The translations under genes and the position numbers were made by a program. Below, in pieces: positions 1 to 9,794 of a stretch of 64,000 nucleotides of DNA (its first letter is position 1; each line of letters starts with the position of its first letter). This DNA is from a virus: IMG/VR virus record IMGVR_UViG_3300034152_000556, positions 32,001 through 96,000 of that record. One strand, given 5' to 3'. Under the pieces are notes generated by a model. It had not been told where the DNA came from. It searched no databases and worked only from the letters and a program-made list of their open reading frames with translations.

Positions 1-1265
1 ACTTGTGCCAAAGCAGCTCTGTCTAAATCAAGACTATCCACAATATTATCAAACACAGCTTCACCAGCTGATTGAATTGAACGAGTGGTCATGAATTCTT
101 GAATTTTACCAAATAGGGTATATGTTCCTTCCTCTTTTGGTTTCGCAATCTTTTCACCTGACATATACTCTAACTGTGCATTCAATATTTCAATCATATG
201 ATCAAATTTTGGAGACCATACACCATACATAAGCTGAAGCATATTGGCTGATTTCAAAAATACATTGCTTGTTCTTACAGCTCTTGCAGCTGCACCTCTA
301 TAACCACCACGGATACCAAACAGAAATGTTAGAGGTGTAGAAAACACAGCTCTTGCAATTTCAGCAAATTGCATCATACCTTTGATCATTGGATGTTCAA
401 GCAAGAATTTTTGAAATGCAATTCTAAACTGTGAAACTGTGCCCGCCATAGCTACTTTTAATTCAGATAGAGTCTTATTCATTTTGACGGCTTCTGCTTT
501 TGAAGCCATTCTCATTTTTTTCAGTTCGCCCGTTATTGCTGTAATCATTCTGTCTGTTTCTGGTTTTCTTGCTTCAGAAAATTCTCGCAAAACCTTTTCA
601 AGTGGCATAATAACTTCAGCAGCATGAACTTGGGCAAGACCACCTTGTTTTACATAACCACCGGCTTGCATTTTTGGAATTTCTGTTTCTTCTTCTTTCT
701 TAGGTCTTATAATACCACCTACAGCAGAAATTCCCTTTGATAAAGAATCTTTAACGCTCTCTTTAATTCTTGAAGCAGCCCCTTTGAATACATCCGTTTC
801 CATAAACTTAGACGCGAAATATCCAAATAGAGGTGTAGCAGTTGACAAAGCCATTGCCACTGTATTTTGCTTATTTATATTAATATCTTGACTGATGGCT
901 TGACCGTATTGCCCCACAAGATCGGTTGATGCTTTTGCTGTATCTTTTGTGATGTTACCAATACCTGTTGCAAAACTTCCCATAGCCTTGCCAAGACTAG
1001 AGATAACACCGTGCATTTCCTTTACAGTTTCAGCAGATAATTCATCCGATCCACCAAGCTCTCTAGCTGTCTCTCTTTGTTTTGCCGTAGCATCCTCAAG
1101 TTGACGTTCTAGCGCCCTTGTCCTTCTTTCGGCGTCAGATTGCATTCGACTCATGGTATTGTTTAAGGAGTTTATTCGGGCAGCTCTATCACCTGTAGGG
1201 GTCTTCTTTACGGTTCTCCCTGTTGAAGGGTTTCTTGTAGGTTTTTTATCCTTTCCTTTAGCCAT
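1..1265 (-). CDS. Tape-measure-like virion protein, N-terminal part (runs off the window's left edge)
   Basis: Not in the ORF track because it has no stop in the window. Starts MAKGKDKKPTRNPSTG at 1265 after a GGAG SD. Helical, Ala/Ser-rich, and contains MQAGGYVKQGGLAQVHAAEVIMPL, a GG..HxxE.V.P motif common in phage tape measure proteins. Confidence 0.65.
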   Translation of the reverse strand, partial: MAKGKDKKPTRNPSTGRTVKKTPTGDRAARINSLNNTMSRMQSDAERRTRALERQLEDATAKQRETARELGGSDELSAETVKEMHGVISSLGKAMGSFATGIGNITKDTAKASTDLVGQYGQAISQDININKQNTVAMALSTATPLFGYFASKFMETDVFKGAASRIKESVKDSLSKGISAVGGIIRPKKEEETEIPKMQAGGYVKQGGLAQVHAAEVIMPLEKVLREFSEARKPETDRMITAITGELKKMRMASKAEAVKMNKTLSELKVAMAGTVSQFRIAFQKFLLEHPMIKGMMQFAEIARAVFSTPLTFLFGIRGGYRGAAARAVRTSNVFLKSANMLQLMYGVWSPKFDHMIEILNAQLEYMSGEKIAKPKEEGTYTLFGKIQEFMTTRSIQSAGEAVFDNIVDSLDLDRAALAQ

Positions 1266-1280
1266 CTATGTTTGAACTCC

Positions 1281-2174
1281 TTAGAATTGCTTTATCATCG
1301 TATAGATTTTTGGTGTTGGTTTTGTTTCTGCCATAACGCAAATCACCTCACTAGGTATAAGCAATTCTTGCACCAGCATTAAATCAGAACTGGGTTTTAA
1401 AGAAAACATTTGTTTATAAGTATTCAAAAGTGGATTATATATAGTTTGCCACATTGGTTTGTTATAGTTATAACCAAATGCCATATGATCTTTTATAAAG
1501 ATATATAGTGTGGCAATATAGTAGTTTATAATTGTATCGAACTGTTCGCTTTTAAGACTACTTAGAGGTTTTAATTGTTTCAATAAAGCTTCATATTTTT
1601 TAAGCGACGACTCTTGCCAATTGGCTTTTCTTTCAAATGTATTTATCAAGAATGATAGTATCTTGTTTATATCACCATCTTTTAGATTTTCTTTATCTAA
1701 AGCAAACAGCGTTGTCCAATAAGATTTATAAAAATTAATTAGTTCTGGTTTGAAAGTTGAGAAAAATTGATTGCCTTTTTTATGCGCAATCATGTGCATC
1801 ATCTCATGAATAACAACTCTACCCAAAACAGAATTTGACGCATACCCAAACACATTTGTATGTGAGTCAACTAATAAAAAAACTTTGTTATGAGAAGGAC
1901 TCCAAAATCCAGAAATAAAATCTTCCTCCATTGGATTAAAAACTTTTCTTTTTAAAAAGCTAACAATACCTCTATTTGAGTAGACAGGCACAATGGTTCC
2001 TTCATAAATTAAATGATATATTTTGCTAGCTATTGGCTTTGTAACTGATGTTGATGCTAAACCATTAGCAATTTTTTCATTTAAAGCAGGAGAACCGTAT
2101 AGTTTTAATCCGCTGATATTTATTGAGTATCCACCTCTTTTAAAAACAAATACTTCTTGTAAATCTGGTTGCAT
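1281..2174 (-). CDS. Putative zincin metallopeptidase (HEXXH), probably virion-associated
   Basis: VIHEMMH motif; lies between terminase and tape measure. Confidence 0.5.
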   Translation of the reverse strand: MQPDLQEVFVFKRGGYSINISGLKLYGSPALNEKIANGLASTSVTKPIASKIYHLIYEGTIVPVYSNRGIVSFLKRKVFNPMEEDFISGFWSPSHNKVFLLVDSHTNVFGYASNSVLGRVVIHEMMHMIAHKKGNQFFSTFKPELINFYKSYWTTLFALDKENLKDGDINKILSFLINTFERKANWQESSLKKYEALLKQLKPLSSLKSEQFDTIINYYIATLYIFIKDHMAFGYNYNKPMWQTIYNPLLNTYKQMFSLKPSSDLMLVQELLIPSEVICVMAETKPTPKIYTMIKQF

Positions 2175-2185
2175 TTTGGTTCCCC

Positions 2186-3844
2186 TTATTGTGAATCATA
2201 AAGCGACATAATATCTACAAAGCCGCCCATCTCATCTAAGTTTTCTTTAACATGTTTAATGATACGTGAGTTTTCCATTTCAAAGTCTTTACCAGAATTA
2301 AGATTAATAAGATCAACCATTTCATTCATCAGCACCTCTTGTTGTGCGATGCTGATCATTAGTGGTGGATCATACTTTCTGACAAATGCACAACACGCTG
2401 TTGCTAGTGCTAGATCGTCATGACAATTTGAATCTGCTTCAACTCTACCATTTGGTTTTGTCACGAGACCAGCTAACTCTAGAGCAAGTCTCTCAGATTT
2501 AACAATCTCTGGAAACTGAGTTATGTAAGAATAAAGAGCATCAATCATCAGAGGTCTAGTTTTTGTGTTGGTTGACAAACCAGGATACATAGTTCTCTGG
2601 CCTCTTTTTTCCTGATACATAAAGTGTGAAAATTCGCTGTGCATCATTTGTTCAACTACTTGGTTACCATATGAGTTTGATTCGATAACGGCTATGCCCG
2701 GATACTGCGCTACAGCTACCTTTACAACTTTAACAAAGTCAAGAACTTTACACTTCCCTCTGTATTCCCAGACTTGTTCCATTGTTTCATAATCAAAAAT
2801 TGTGATCGCAGATTTATCCTCTCCGTGCTCTGGTGCGGTATCAACTCCTGTTATATAATATCTTTGTGGTATTGGTTCTGAAAATTTCCATATTTCGCCA
2901 TTGTACAATTTTAGTTTTTCGATTGGCTTGATCGCTGCATTCTGTACTTTTTCTATTGTATCTGATTCAAAGAATGAACCTTCCGCTGGTAAGAATTTAA
3001 GCTCAAGTTCTTGTGCAATTTTCTTTGGGTCGTTATCAAAAAGTCTACATTGAGTTTCATACCAAGCTGGGTCTTCAGCAAGTTCTTTAATTTTCTTCCA
3101 GTGAATAACAAATGGTTTAAAAATATCATCACCGGTCAGACATCTTTGATATCTATTAAAGTACCACTGACCAATACCAACAGTTTTGTTTGGCGTTGAT
3201 AGAATTACAGTACCATATGGAACACCAGCTTTTCTTGCTTGCATTTGGTTTGTTGAAAGAGTCGGGACCATAGCTGTCCACGCTTCATCAATCTTATCAA
3301 CAAAGGCTGCTTCGTCGATTACCAACAATGTTACAGCTTTACCACGAAGTGTGTTTTCTGGTCTGTTTGGGTTTACTGGTTCTGCGTAAACTTTAGCACC
3401 ATTTGTTAGAATAAATGATTGTTCTGTTCTTTTTGCAAATCCCCGGCCCAACAAACCTCTCGGTGGCTTCATCCAATCTGGCAGCTTCTCAATCATACCA
3501 CGAATGGTTCTAGCAAAGTGTGTAGCTTCTTTACCATTCTTTGATATAATACCTACAACAACATTTGGATAGAATGTTGCCAGCCAAGCAGCGTAAGCCT
3601 GAATGATTGTTGAAATACCAATCTGGCGGCTTTTCAATACCAGAATAAATTTATGTTTTTCTACAGCTCTGACAAGCTGTGTTTGTTTTTGATATGGTGT
3701 AAGTGGTAGATCGCCGCCGGGGGCTTCGATCTTTATATAATTCAAACAGAAATATTCAAAATCGGTTTTACACAGGAGATACTCATTAACAAATTCATCG
3801 GCTTGTGACTTTAACTTAATTGCTGCAACATTGTACTTAGCCAT
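2186..3844 (-). CDS. terL: Terminase large subunit (T4 gp17-like)
   Basis: KSRQIGIST Walker A, LLVIDEAAF Walker B, STPN motif III, RNase H-like GVDTA...D and HDDLALA. Confidence 0.95.
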   Translation of the reverse strand: MAKYNVAAIKLKSQADEFVNEYLLCKTDFEYFCLNYIKIEAPGGDLPLTPYQKQTQLVRAVEKHKFILVLKSRQIGISTIIQAYAAWLATFYPNVVVGIISKNGKEATHFARTIRGMIEKLPDWMKPPRGLLGRGFAKRTEQSFILTNGAKVYAEPVNPNRPENTLRGKAVTLLVIDEAAFVDKIDEAWTAMVPTLSTNQMQARKAGVPYGTVILSTPNKTVGIGQWYFNRYQRCLTGDDIFKPFVIHWKKIKELAEDPAWYETQCRLFDNDPKKIAQELELKFLPAEGSFFESDTIEKVQNAAIKPIEKLKLYNGEIWKFSEPIPQRYYITGVDTAPEHGEDKSAITIFDYETMEQVWEYRGKCKVLDFVKVVKVAVAQYPGIAVIESNSYGNQVVEQMMHSEFSHFMYQEKRGQRTMYPGLSTNTKTRPLMIDALYSYITQFPEIVKSERLALELAGLVTKPNGRVEADSNCHDDLALATACCAFVRKYDPPLMISIAQQEVLMNEMVDLINLNSGKDFEMENSRIIKHVKENLDEMGGFVDIMSLYDSQ

Positions 3845-3862
3845 CTATTATCCCCTTTTATT

Positions 3863-3871
3863 TTTGTTCTC
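3863..3871 (-). promoter_or_regulatory. Candidate late promoter core GAGAACAAA (upstream of terL)
   Basis: Identical 9-mer at 5155-5163 and 57389-57397, each shortly upstream of a late-gene start. Confidence 0.5.
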
Positions 3872-5132
3872 AACTTTTCTTGTTGGTCCTCATTAGGTTC
3901 AATGTTGCTACTGAAGACCAATCGCCCTTGCGTTCAAAAACCAAAGCTGAGCTATACAAAATGTATTTACCTTCAAAATCAGAGTATTCAACAGTTTGTG
4001 GTTTAAATTTAACTGCCTCCCCAACATTCAATAGATTTAAAATGGGTAAGCTGCGCTCAACCCTAAAGCTAATAGTGGACATATCAGACATAACTCTACC
4101 AAACCTTGAATTAAATAATGTCCTTGATGTATTATATCCAGTATCTCCCATAAAGTATGATTCTTTTGTGATTCCCGAATCATGTGATAAGTTGCTGTTT
4201 TTATAGACAAGTGAGTAATTTTGCGCAACCTCAATTAAATTTTGTTGAAGAATCCCAGCTAAAGAATCGTTTGGTTTTACAATATGATTAAGCGTTGTAC
4301 CAAGATTTGCCAATCTTGAATTTGCTGAGTAATCACTTTTTATTTTATCGTAGGTATAAAAGTTCTTTCCGTCTACACTCTTCTCCATAATCTCTTCATT
4401 ATTTTCACCGCCTTCTGTGGCTAGCTGATATACTGTAAATGTTTGATTTTTCTGAAGCTTTCTTGTGAGATTCTTTATATAAACCTTATTGTCATATTGA
4501 CAAAAAACACCTGGAACACCTTCGAACAATCCAAATCGTTGATCTAAAAATCCATCAAAAACATTTGACGCTGTTCTCATGTGTTCTTTAATTGCTCTAT
4601 AAAGTGTTATTGGAGGCACACAGACTTGATCAATTGTTTCCGTATTCCGCCCTTCTGAGTCATAATTAATTGTAGTGCCTGCTTGCGATGCCAGATCGCT
4701 GATTATTGTATCAAGTGTTTGACCAATGTAAACGCCATTAACAATGGTCATCATTGTATTATACGCTGGTCGAACAACAGTTGTAATAGTAAAGGGAACT
4801 CTGTCTTTCTGAGTACTTTTGGAGAGAGTCGATTTTTCTGTTATCGGTAGATCGGATTTCAAATAAACAAGCTCCATTTCAATACCATCGCTCGGTACGT
4901 TATCTTGTGATAATCGATTGATCGTCAGCTTAATAGGTTCATTGCCAAATACATCTTCGAGAACAACATCGTTTGGATCAATCAACATCGTAATAGTAAC
5001 TACTTGATAAGCTGTAGTTAGCGACGAGAAAACGGATACCCTTGTTACGTCTTGTGTATATTCTAAGTCTTTGATTTTCACGATTAACTCATAAGTTCGT
5101 GACTGTCGAAAATAAACCTCTCTTTCTGGCAT
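3870..5132 (-). CDS. Putative baseplate hub / contractile tail protein
   Basis: 420 aa, beta-rich. C-terminal GEAVKF...FEGKYILYSS pattern resembles gp27/GpD-like hubs. Late-block context. Confidence 0.4.
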   Translation of the reverse strand: MPEREVYFRQSRTYELIVKIKDLEYTQDVTRVSVFSSLTTAYQVVTITMLIDPNDVVLEDVFGNEPIKLTINRLSQDNVPSDGIEMELVYLKSDLPITEKSTLSKSTQKDRVPFTITTVVRPAYNTMMTIVNGVYIGQTLDTIISDLASQAGTTINYDSEGRNTETIDQVCVPPITLYRAIKEHMRTASNVFDGFLDQRFGLFEGVPGVFCQYDNKVYIKNLTRKLQKNQTFTVYQLATEGGENNEEIMEKSVDGKNFYTYDKIKSDYSANSRLANLGTTLNHIVKPNDSLAGILQQNLIEVAQNYSLVYKNSNLSHDSGITKESYFMGDTGYNTSRTLFNSRFGRVMSDMSTISFRVERSLPILNLLNVGEAVKFKPQTVEYSDFEGKYILYSSALVFERKGDWSSVATLNLMRTNKKS

Positions 5133-5154
5133 CGCATAATCCTCCTACTATATA

Positions 5155-5163
5155 TTTGTTCTC
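5155..5163 (-). promoter_or_regulatory. Candidate late promoter GAGAACAAA(TATATA)
   Basis: Directly after the early-block terminator. Reads AACA-N6-TA, then an AGGAGG SD. Confidence 0.55.
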
Positions 5164-5172
5164 AGTTTTTGG

Positions 5173-5208
5173 AAAAAAATAAAGGGGTGTTGGGCGACAC
5201 CCCTTTAT
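5173..5208 (-). terminator. Intrinsic terminator closing the early/middle block
   Basis: 12-bp stem ATAAAGGGGTGT/ACACCCCTTTAT running into a T-tract on the minus strand. Confidence 0.85.
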
Positions 5209-5214
5209 AAGGCT

Positions 5215-6126
5215 CTAGTATTCCCCACGTTGAAGCTTGGCTAAAGCTTCACGCATTTGCATAGGAACCACTAGAACGCTCTCAGCGGCACTTTCGAGGA
5301 GGCGTTTTGCATTGAGATTTCCTTCCAAGCTACTGAACTTAACAATTGCTAAGAACATATGCCATGCTGAAGGGAGCCGCTGACCTTCTGGTGTGATCTG
5401 TTCAATGATCTCTGAGATGGCTGCTCTCTTTCTTTTACCAAATGTTTCTATCAGGTCGAGAACACCAAGCAATTGATCTTCTGTAAACGTAGTTGCAAAG
5501 CTCTGTTTGATTACATCTGATATGCTTTCTTTAAAGATACGAGTATATTCACCAATTTCTGATGCTACAGTAGTTGTTGCACCAGCAACATGAATTTGTC
5601 GAATTTGACCCATATCAAAAGCAAACAGAAACTCATGTTTATCTGAGGTTATACCAAATTGCATACCCTGTGCCCACGTTCCGTTATAGCTGTTTCTTAC
5701 CATAATTATAGGTAGAATATCGCCAGCTTCAGTATCTACAGGATTGCTCAATACGATTTCATTTCGCATTTGTGTTAGTTGCTCTGATACCAGAATGTTC
5801 TCACGTACTACTGGCATGTTCGTTTCTTCGATTGATGCCCGAATCAGATCGTTGAGAACTTCATTGCCAATGAAGCGATATATACGGGAAACGATGCCTT
5901 GATAATTCCATTGTTCTTCATCTGGTAATTTTGTGAATACACCAACATAACCCGATGGAAATCCGTCTGTTGGATGTGGTTTGTGAACCGGCTCTTCTGG
6001 GTGTTGCGGTATTGTGATAAGGTCTCGATACAGAACTTCAGATAGTTTATCTTTGTAGTGATAGAGTCCTTTGTCAACATTTACACTTAACCCCATTTGA
6101 GCAGCTCTGGATGCAAATGTAATCAT
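5215..6126 (-). CDS. DUF932-like protein
   Basis: Likely start MITFAS (6126). IMVRNSYNGT resembles the NSHDG motif of DUF932. Confidence 0.45.
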   Translation of the reverse strand: MITFASRAAQMGLSVNVDKGLYHYKDKLSEVLYRDLITIPQHPEEPVHKPHPTDGFPSGYVGVFTKLPDEEQWNYQGIVSRIYRFIGNEVLNDLIRASIEETNMPVVRENILVSEQLTQMRNEIVLSNPVDTEAGDILPIIMVRNSYNGTWAQGMQFGITSDKHEFLFAFDMGQIRQIHVAGATTTVASEIGEYTRIFKESISDVIKQSFATTFTEDQLLGVLDLIETFGKRKRAAISEIIEQITPEGQRLPSAWHMFLAIVKFSSLEGNLNAKRLLESAAESVLVVPMQMREALAKLQRGEY

Positions 6127-6740
6127 TACTCTGTCCTTTCCACCATACAACGAAAGTATGTTTCACGACCGTCGATGGGGTATCCTTCTTTTAAGGTTTC
6201 TGGCATAAATCTGAAATACCCTTCAAGTTCAAAAAAGTATTCCACTCTATCCGGTGTCCATATTGAAGCATGGGGGTCATAGGTTTCGTTTAATAACTCT
6301 GTTGTAATAAAGATGTTATGCCCCTCAAATTGTTCGTATGCTCTTGGGTGTAATTCTTCAGCGAGAATCTTTCCCAACAGTTTGAAATTTGGGACGATAA
6401 TATCTATTTTAGCTTCTGGTTCAGTTACTTGTGATAGGAGGTATATAAAATAGGGAATCTTTGTAAACGGAACATGTTCTAGAAAACGATACATTGATAT
6501 GTGATCAAATTTTAGATATGTGCGTTCTAAAAATTCATACACATCACTATTGACATATGCTATACCGTTATCGACGCGATTAAGACCTCTCCAGCCTTCA
6601 TAGTTACTCTCAACTTCATTTGGTGTCAGGCCAGAGAAATAGTTTCGATCAAGATTTATTAAATAGTATGGTCTTCTTGTCGTTTTTAAAACAAGTGGTT
6701 TTGATTTACCAGCACCAATATTTAAAATTAAATCATGCAT
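6126..6740 (-). CDS. Class I SAM-dependent methyltransferase-like protein
   Basis: LNIGAG motif I, INLD, FLEHV, IIVPN. Confidence 0.7.
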   Translation of the reverse strand: MHDLILNIGAGKSKPLVLKTTRRPYYLINLDRNYFSGLTPNEVESNYEGWRGLNRVDNGIAYVNSDVYEFLERTYLKFDHISMYRFLEHVPFTKIPYFIYLLSQVTEPEAKIDIIVPNFKLLGKILAEELHPRAYEQFEGHNIFITTELLNETYDPHASIWTPDRVEYFFELEGYFRFMPETLKEGYPIDGRETYFRCMVERTE

Positions 6741-6742
6741 GT

Positions 6743-7474
6743 TTACCTCACATATTCTAGCACTACGCTTTTTGTAAACGGTGCTATATAGAAATCAAAA
6801 TATTTTTGTCTATCAATATCCTTTGGGTCCATAATTTTTAAAGTTGGTTTTGTTACTTCTATCTCTCCATACCCTTTTAGATATATTCTAAATCTCTCTT
6901 TTATAGGTATTGCAAAGAGAGATGTATCTTTGGTTGTCATTATTTCATCTTTGATTCTTTGCAGCCCTCTAAATACCGCTGTCTTTTTTGCGAAGTTTAT
7001 CAAACAAATCTTTTTGAAAATGGTATCCATTTTATCATAGCGATATGGCACACCTTTTATCTTTGATACATTTCTTGTAGCATCGTGTGCGATATAACTA
7101 TTTCTTTTTATTGAACAAACAAACACATCAAACGAATTTCTGTGTTCAACAAGATAGTTGCCAATCTCTGTCTTATGCACTGTTCTTTTCAAAAGAATAC
7201 CATCATATTGACGTATCACAATGTCATCGTCTTTGATATTGTTTTGAGTGATGAAATCGTCTATGATCAGAGTGGTTGTTTCTCGAAGAAGTTTTGTAAT
7301 GCGTGAATTTTCTCGCATCATTTTTCCAATAGCAATGTTTCTCTCTAGTTTATTTCCTTTGTCGAGATGAGAAACATCGAACCCATGATTTTTTAAAATG
7401 GTATAATGACAGGCGGGTATATCATACGATTGTATATCGTGAGAGACTAGTCGAACATTTTCATTTATTTTCAT
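6743..7474 (-). CDS. Short family-B DNA polymerase-like palm/thumb protein (split PolB fragment)
   Basis: SYDIPACHYTIL (motif A-like), IRQYDGILL (motif C-like), KIKG, and C-terminal IDRQKYFDFYI. No exonuclease domain. Confidence 0.55.
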   Translation of the reverse strand: MKINENVRLVSHDIQSYDIPACHYTILKNHGFDVSHLDKGNKLERNIAIGKMMRENSRITKLLRETTTLIIDDFITQNNIKDDDIVIRQYDGILLKRTVHKTEIGNYLVEHRNSFDVFVCSIKRNSYIAHDATRNVSKIKGVPYRYDKMDTIFKKICLINFAKKTAVFRGLQRIKDEIMTTKDTSLFAIPIKERFRIYLKGYGEIEVTKPTLKIMDPKDIDRQKYFDFYIAPFTKSVVLEYVR

Positions 7475-7484
7475 GATAAAGATC

Positions 7485-7504
7485 GGGGGAGCCGAAGCTC
7501 CCCC
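7485..7504 (-). terminator. cUUCGg-tetraloop hairpin (weak terminator or mRNA stabiliser)
   Basis: GGGGGAGC-TTCG-GCTCCCCC on the minus strand; poor U-tract. Confidence 0.6.
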
Positions 7505-7513
7505 TCCCCTTTC

Positions 7514-8347
7514 TTATCTGATCAAATTGATTAATACATTGTCAATTTGAAGCAGATGGTTAATGTCATACATTTCATCTTGTCTATTTGTCAACCAAGT
7601 TACGGCATCACTGACAGTGTTCAATTCGTCAATGACTTTTGTACTTTGTTTGTAAAGAAGTTGAAGAGCCTCGGGATCAACTTCTTCAGCAAGTTTGGAG
7701 CGAACACTTGTTTCATCGCCCGTATAGAGCGGAATGTCAATTTCTTCATCGCGCTTTTTGACTCGTTGAATATTGTATGGAATCAGAAGCCCGTCGATTA
7801 GCTGACATGCCACAACGATGAGCCCTGTTTTAACTCCATAGCATTTGTAAACAATTCCGTCACCAGCAAGATATCGAATCTCGAAAGTGCTATTGTTATA
7901 AGCTCTCATTTCGACTCCAGGTAGATTCAAGACAGGATATACATCGGCATTTTCGAAAACTTTAAGCTTTCTGCGTTCATTTCCTTCTGAATCTGTTTCT
8001 CCAGTTCCATCCGGTGTTGTGACAATAAGATATTTTGTTGGGTCAACACCTCGAATGGATGCTTTGACGTAATTGATGTTTTCAAATTTTTCATGGTTCT
8101 CTTCAAACCAATTTGCAAGAGGTGTAACTTCTACTCTTTGAACTGGCTCTGTAACTTCTTCTTCAGTTACACCACCCGTCTCTTCTTCGGCTTGAACTGG
8201 TTGTTCTTCTTGCTGTGGTGTTGAGAGGTCTAGTTCTGTTTCGTTGAAGATCGCGTCTTCTCCTCCTGTTTGTTGATCGCTGATCATGCTTGATAGGTTA
8301 TCATTCATTTCTTCTGAAACTCCTTTGTCTGATTTTTCTACTGCCAT
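7514..8347 (-). CDS. Hypothetical protein with acidic disordered N-terminus
   Basis: 277-aa ORF in operon, followed by a stable hairpin. Confidence 0.8.
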   Translation of the reverse strand: MAVEKSDKGVSEEMNDNLSSMISDQQTGGEDAIFNETELDLSTPQQEEQPVQAEEETGGVTEEEVTEPVQRVEVTPLANWFEENHEKFENINYVKASIRGVDPTKYLIVTTPDGTGETDSEGNERRKLKVFENADVYPVLNLPGVEMRAYNNSTFEIRYLAGDGIVYKCYGVKTGLIVVACQLIDGLLIPYNIQRVKKRDEEIDIPLYTGDETSVRSKLAEEVDPEALQLLYKQSTKVIDELNTVSDAVTWLTNRQDEMYDINHLLQIDNVLINLIR

Positions 8348-8688
8348 TTTATCATATCCTCTTCTGCATTAGCTCTCCACTTTTTGGGGTCTATCTGAGT
8401 GTAAGTTTCTAGTGCAGCCCCAGCTAATGCAAACAATTTTATGAGGTTTTCATAAGCCTCTGATGGTGCGTTTCCGTCATCATCTAGTTCTTTACACGTT
8501 AGTAACCAAGGTGGTAAATGTGGTGACCATCTCCCAACATAAGCTTTTCTCATTTTTGCAACGTATTCTTCAAGGAAAAGAATAAAGCTTGGAAAGCTCA
8601 ATTCTTGAGCGTCTGAATAGTCACCAAAAACTTTCTTTTCGTATTCACGCTCTTTTTGATATAGTTCAAATAGTTTTTCTTGATCCAT
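8338..8688 (-). CDS. MazG-like all-alpha nucleotide pyrophosphohydrolase-like protein
   Basis: ERxYExxxFG...LEEY...LIKLFALAGAALE pattern; adjacent to folE2. Confidence 0.35.
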   Translation of the reverse strand: MDQEKLFELYQKEREYEKKVFGDYSDAQELSFPSFILFLEEYVAKMRKAYVGRWSPHLPPWLLTCKELDDDGNAPSEAYENLIKLFALAGAALETYTQIDPKKWRANAEEDMIKWQ

Positions 8689-8697
8689 TCGTCCTCC

Positions 8698-9621
8698 CTA
8701 AATGAATCTTTCATCGCTCAAACCACCAGTTGGAAATTTTGAGTTTATTGCAATGGCATTTGATGTATGTATCGATTCTTCATGTGTGCATTTTACAATC
8801 CAATCATATACCGGAAGCTTATCGAGCGCTTCTGATATCAGACGAATAGCATCTTCAACAAAGAGTGGGTTCTCTGATGCGATTCGTGCTATCTCTTGCT
8901 CATCCACACGTTTGATGATTGGGTATGGAAGTGTTTTAATTTTTGCTTCCACCGCTTCTACAATATCCTCTATCCAGATGTACGGAAGCTCTTTGCCTTT
9001 CAGCATTTCGTAATCAGCATAGAAGAATTTTATATAATCTTTGTGAACAGCCTCTACAAGAATATCTGCGTATGACCGCTGAGCGTGAGGAAACCCACTG
9101 CTGCCGCATTCTTTTAAATCAGAACACAGTTCAGCTGAGCATGGGCAATATGATGCGTATTGTATTCTAATACCTTGAAAGAATCGAAATATCTCTTGTA
9201 CTTCTGAAAATTTAAAAACGTCTTTTCGATTATGAAGTTGACCTTCAAATCTACAATCATAATAAAGTGGAAACTCATAATCTGAGATTGGTGATTTTTT
9301 GATCATCGGTAGTTTGAACTTAAAGTTTATATAGCTTGAGTAACCACCGACTTTGCTCTGAAAGTCTTTTAGTATTTTTAATAACAGAACCTTTTTTAGA
9401 GGTTTGTTAAGATACTTCTGTAAGGTTCTGAGAAACCTAGACATTGAGATGCCTTTCGTTTTATCATCTAAATCTGTTCTCATTGATACCTTTGCAGTGA
9501 GTTCGTGAAACCCACCATATTTAGACTCTAAAAGAAATGGCAACTCAACATCTTCTACACCAACTTGCCGAATAGGTCTTTTGATGTTTGGTTCTGTTTG
9601 TTGGATATCTGGAAGATTCAT
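8698..9621 (-). CDS. folE2: GTP cyclohydrolase I type B (FolE2)
   Basis: LPDIQ, KGISMSRF, CPCS, PHAQRS, KRVDE, NPLFVEDAIR, HEESIH. Confidence 0.95.
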   Translation of the reverse strand: MNLPDIQQTEPNIKRPIRQVGVEDVELPFLLESKYGGFHELTAKVSMRTDLDDKTKGISMSRFLRTLQKYLNKPLKKVLLLKILKDFQSKVGGYSSYINFKFKLPMIKKSPISDYEFPLYYDCRFEGQLHNRKDVFKFSEVQEIFRFFQGIRIQYASYCPCSAELCSDLKECGSSGFPHAQRSYADILVEAVHKDYIKFFYADYEMLKGKELPYIWIEDIVEAVEAKIKTLPYPIIKRVDEQEIARIASENPLFVEDAIRLISEALDKLPVYDWIVKCTHEESIHTSNAIAINSKFPTGGLSDERFI

Positions 9622-9794
9622 TCTTTCTCCAATACTAGATCAGCTGGATTGAATAACACCTTTTCATATTTAGGTGGTGCTTTTGGTGGTTCTGCCACGT
9701 TAGTGTTTTTGATATATTTTTTTAAATATCTTCTGTCATAATCATAGTGATACCCTGATGATGATGATGTTCCGTGGGTGTTTGACCAGCTCAT
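9618..9794 (-). CDS. Small hypothetical protein (58 aa, below the ORF track cut-off)
   Basis: MSWSNTHG...VLFNPADLVLEKE*. ATGA-coupled to both neighbours. Confidence 0.6.
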   Translation of the reverse strand: MSWSNTHGTSSSSGYHYDYDRRYLKKYIKNTNVAEPPKAPPKYEKVLFNPADLVLEKE

